Shown: in pieces, positions 62,728 to 64,000 of the stretch
Position numbering within the stretch: position 1 is the first letter of the stretch
Layout of the letters: every line of letters begins with the position of its first letter
Assembly: GCA_028534125.1 (NCBI GenBank)
Contig: CM052817.1
Span: 94,800,001 to 94,864,000 of the forward strand
Direction: 5' to 3'
Length of the DNA: 64,000 nt
DNA from: Lama glama
Lineage: Eukaryota
Position numbers and translations under genes: made by a program
The notes under the pieces: model-generated
Database searches by the model: none
What the model was told of the DNA's origin: nothing
The model's input: only the letters and a program-made list of their open reading frames with translations

Positions 62728-64000
62728 GTCACCTGAACAAGGAATGAGACACATTTTCTCTGCCCAGTCTCTGCCCCAATTCTACTATTGAGATGACCAC
62801 TGGGAGCAAACAGCTGGACACCAGTTGTCACTGCCCTATACATTGTGTCATTTACTTGACCTACACATGTTCCTTGTCTGCTTTGAGCAAGATGAGTTAA
62901 CTCAGGCAGCGTTGTAAAAGTCTTGATATAAAGTTTTGAAAAATGACATTTAAAAATCTCAACAGTTATTTCTAATTGGACAATTGCTTAACCCTGTGTG
63001 GTTTGTTTTTTTTTCTCCATTTTTGTTCCCTTTGGGAATCGGATATTCAGCTAGTTGGCAAAACTGTTCTCATTCCTGTTCCTAAAATATGTAGTTTTTG
63101 CTATTAAATCTAAAAACACTTGTTAAAAAAATGACAAGGACACTGGAAGTTACTCTATTGTAATTTTACCAAACTTCCCCTGGCCACCGAGGATCTGAAA
63201 GTCAGCCTTAGCTATGCGTGTGTGCAGCAGTCAGGACAAGCCTGCACCTGTCATCTCCAGGGTCCTCCCCTCCCCGGGGAACACACACTGTCCTTGTGGG
63301 GGATTGGAGGACCGAGGGGCTTACACCCACAGCAGCACGCAGCAGACAGAGCTAAAGATTTGTCTGTCATTGGAACAAGTGTGCCTGCACCCCGTCCCTC
63401 TCTATCTCCTTGCATCCTCATTTCAAAGGATGCTTTTTCGAAGCAGTCCTTTTACCAGGGGAGGAGAGGACATAAGGCTGGAAGCTGCTGATTGTCCGGG
63501 TGAGTGAGCCCATTGACATGGGGCTCTTGAGAGACTGTGGCCCCGGCACCCAGGAGCCACAGAAGCATGTGGAGGAGGATGCAGGGTGCGCCGGGGCAGG
63601 ACCTGACCGGGCAGCCTCTGATTTCACAGGCTTGTAAATCACATGCATAATTATAAGCAGCGAAAGTTTGGTGAAATGTAAGTGCTCAGCAGCCCACTGG
63701 GGTTGACGTCCCCGTTTTCTGAAGTTTGTCAGAGACCTTACCTTTTGCGTTTCCCTCTGTCTTTAACTGGCGGTCGTATGGCAGGCAGCCCGTGAAGTGT
63801 TAGTGTATTTTTGTTTAAGTGAAATGAGTCAGAGCATAAATGAGAAGCCATGTGCTTTGCAAAAGTGGTCTTGGAAACAGCACACACACACATATGGTGA
63901 TGATTGTGTTGCATATCAAATGCTTTCTCATAAAATTGTTAGAACTCTGCTTTTAAGCATCCTTTGATTTAAGCATCCTTTGGGTTGAAAGGAGGTGTGT

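Overview
This is mammalian genomic DNA, most likely camelid, judged from three tRNA-derived vic-1-type SINEs. It holds about 44 kb of repeat-rich upstream sequence, a 500-N assembly gap, and the CpG-island promoter plus the first four coding exons of HHIP (Hedgehog-interacting protein) on the + strand. The four exons (279+193+157+202 = 831 nt, residues 1-277) splice in frame with GT-AG boundaries, and the gene continues beyond the window. The most interesting signals cluster at the exon 4 / intron 4 junction: a weak donor, an in-frame 41-aa hydrophobic read-through tail, a perfect CAG|GTAAGT site 453 nt downstream, and intronic poly(A) signals. Other candidates are GLI/SOX/FOX/POU motif clusters in the introns, an apparently gained N-glycosylation sequon in the basic N-terminus, a MER41-like LTR with an internal triplication, a perfect 22-bp palindrome, and orphan exon-like segments upstream. 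Repeat family names, repeat boundaries and human comparisons are by eye or from memory and are approximate. No prokaryote-type system (CRISPR, operon) is present.
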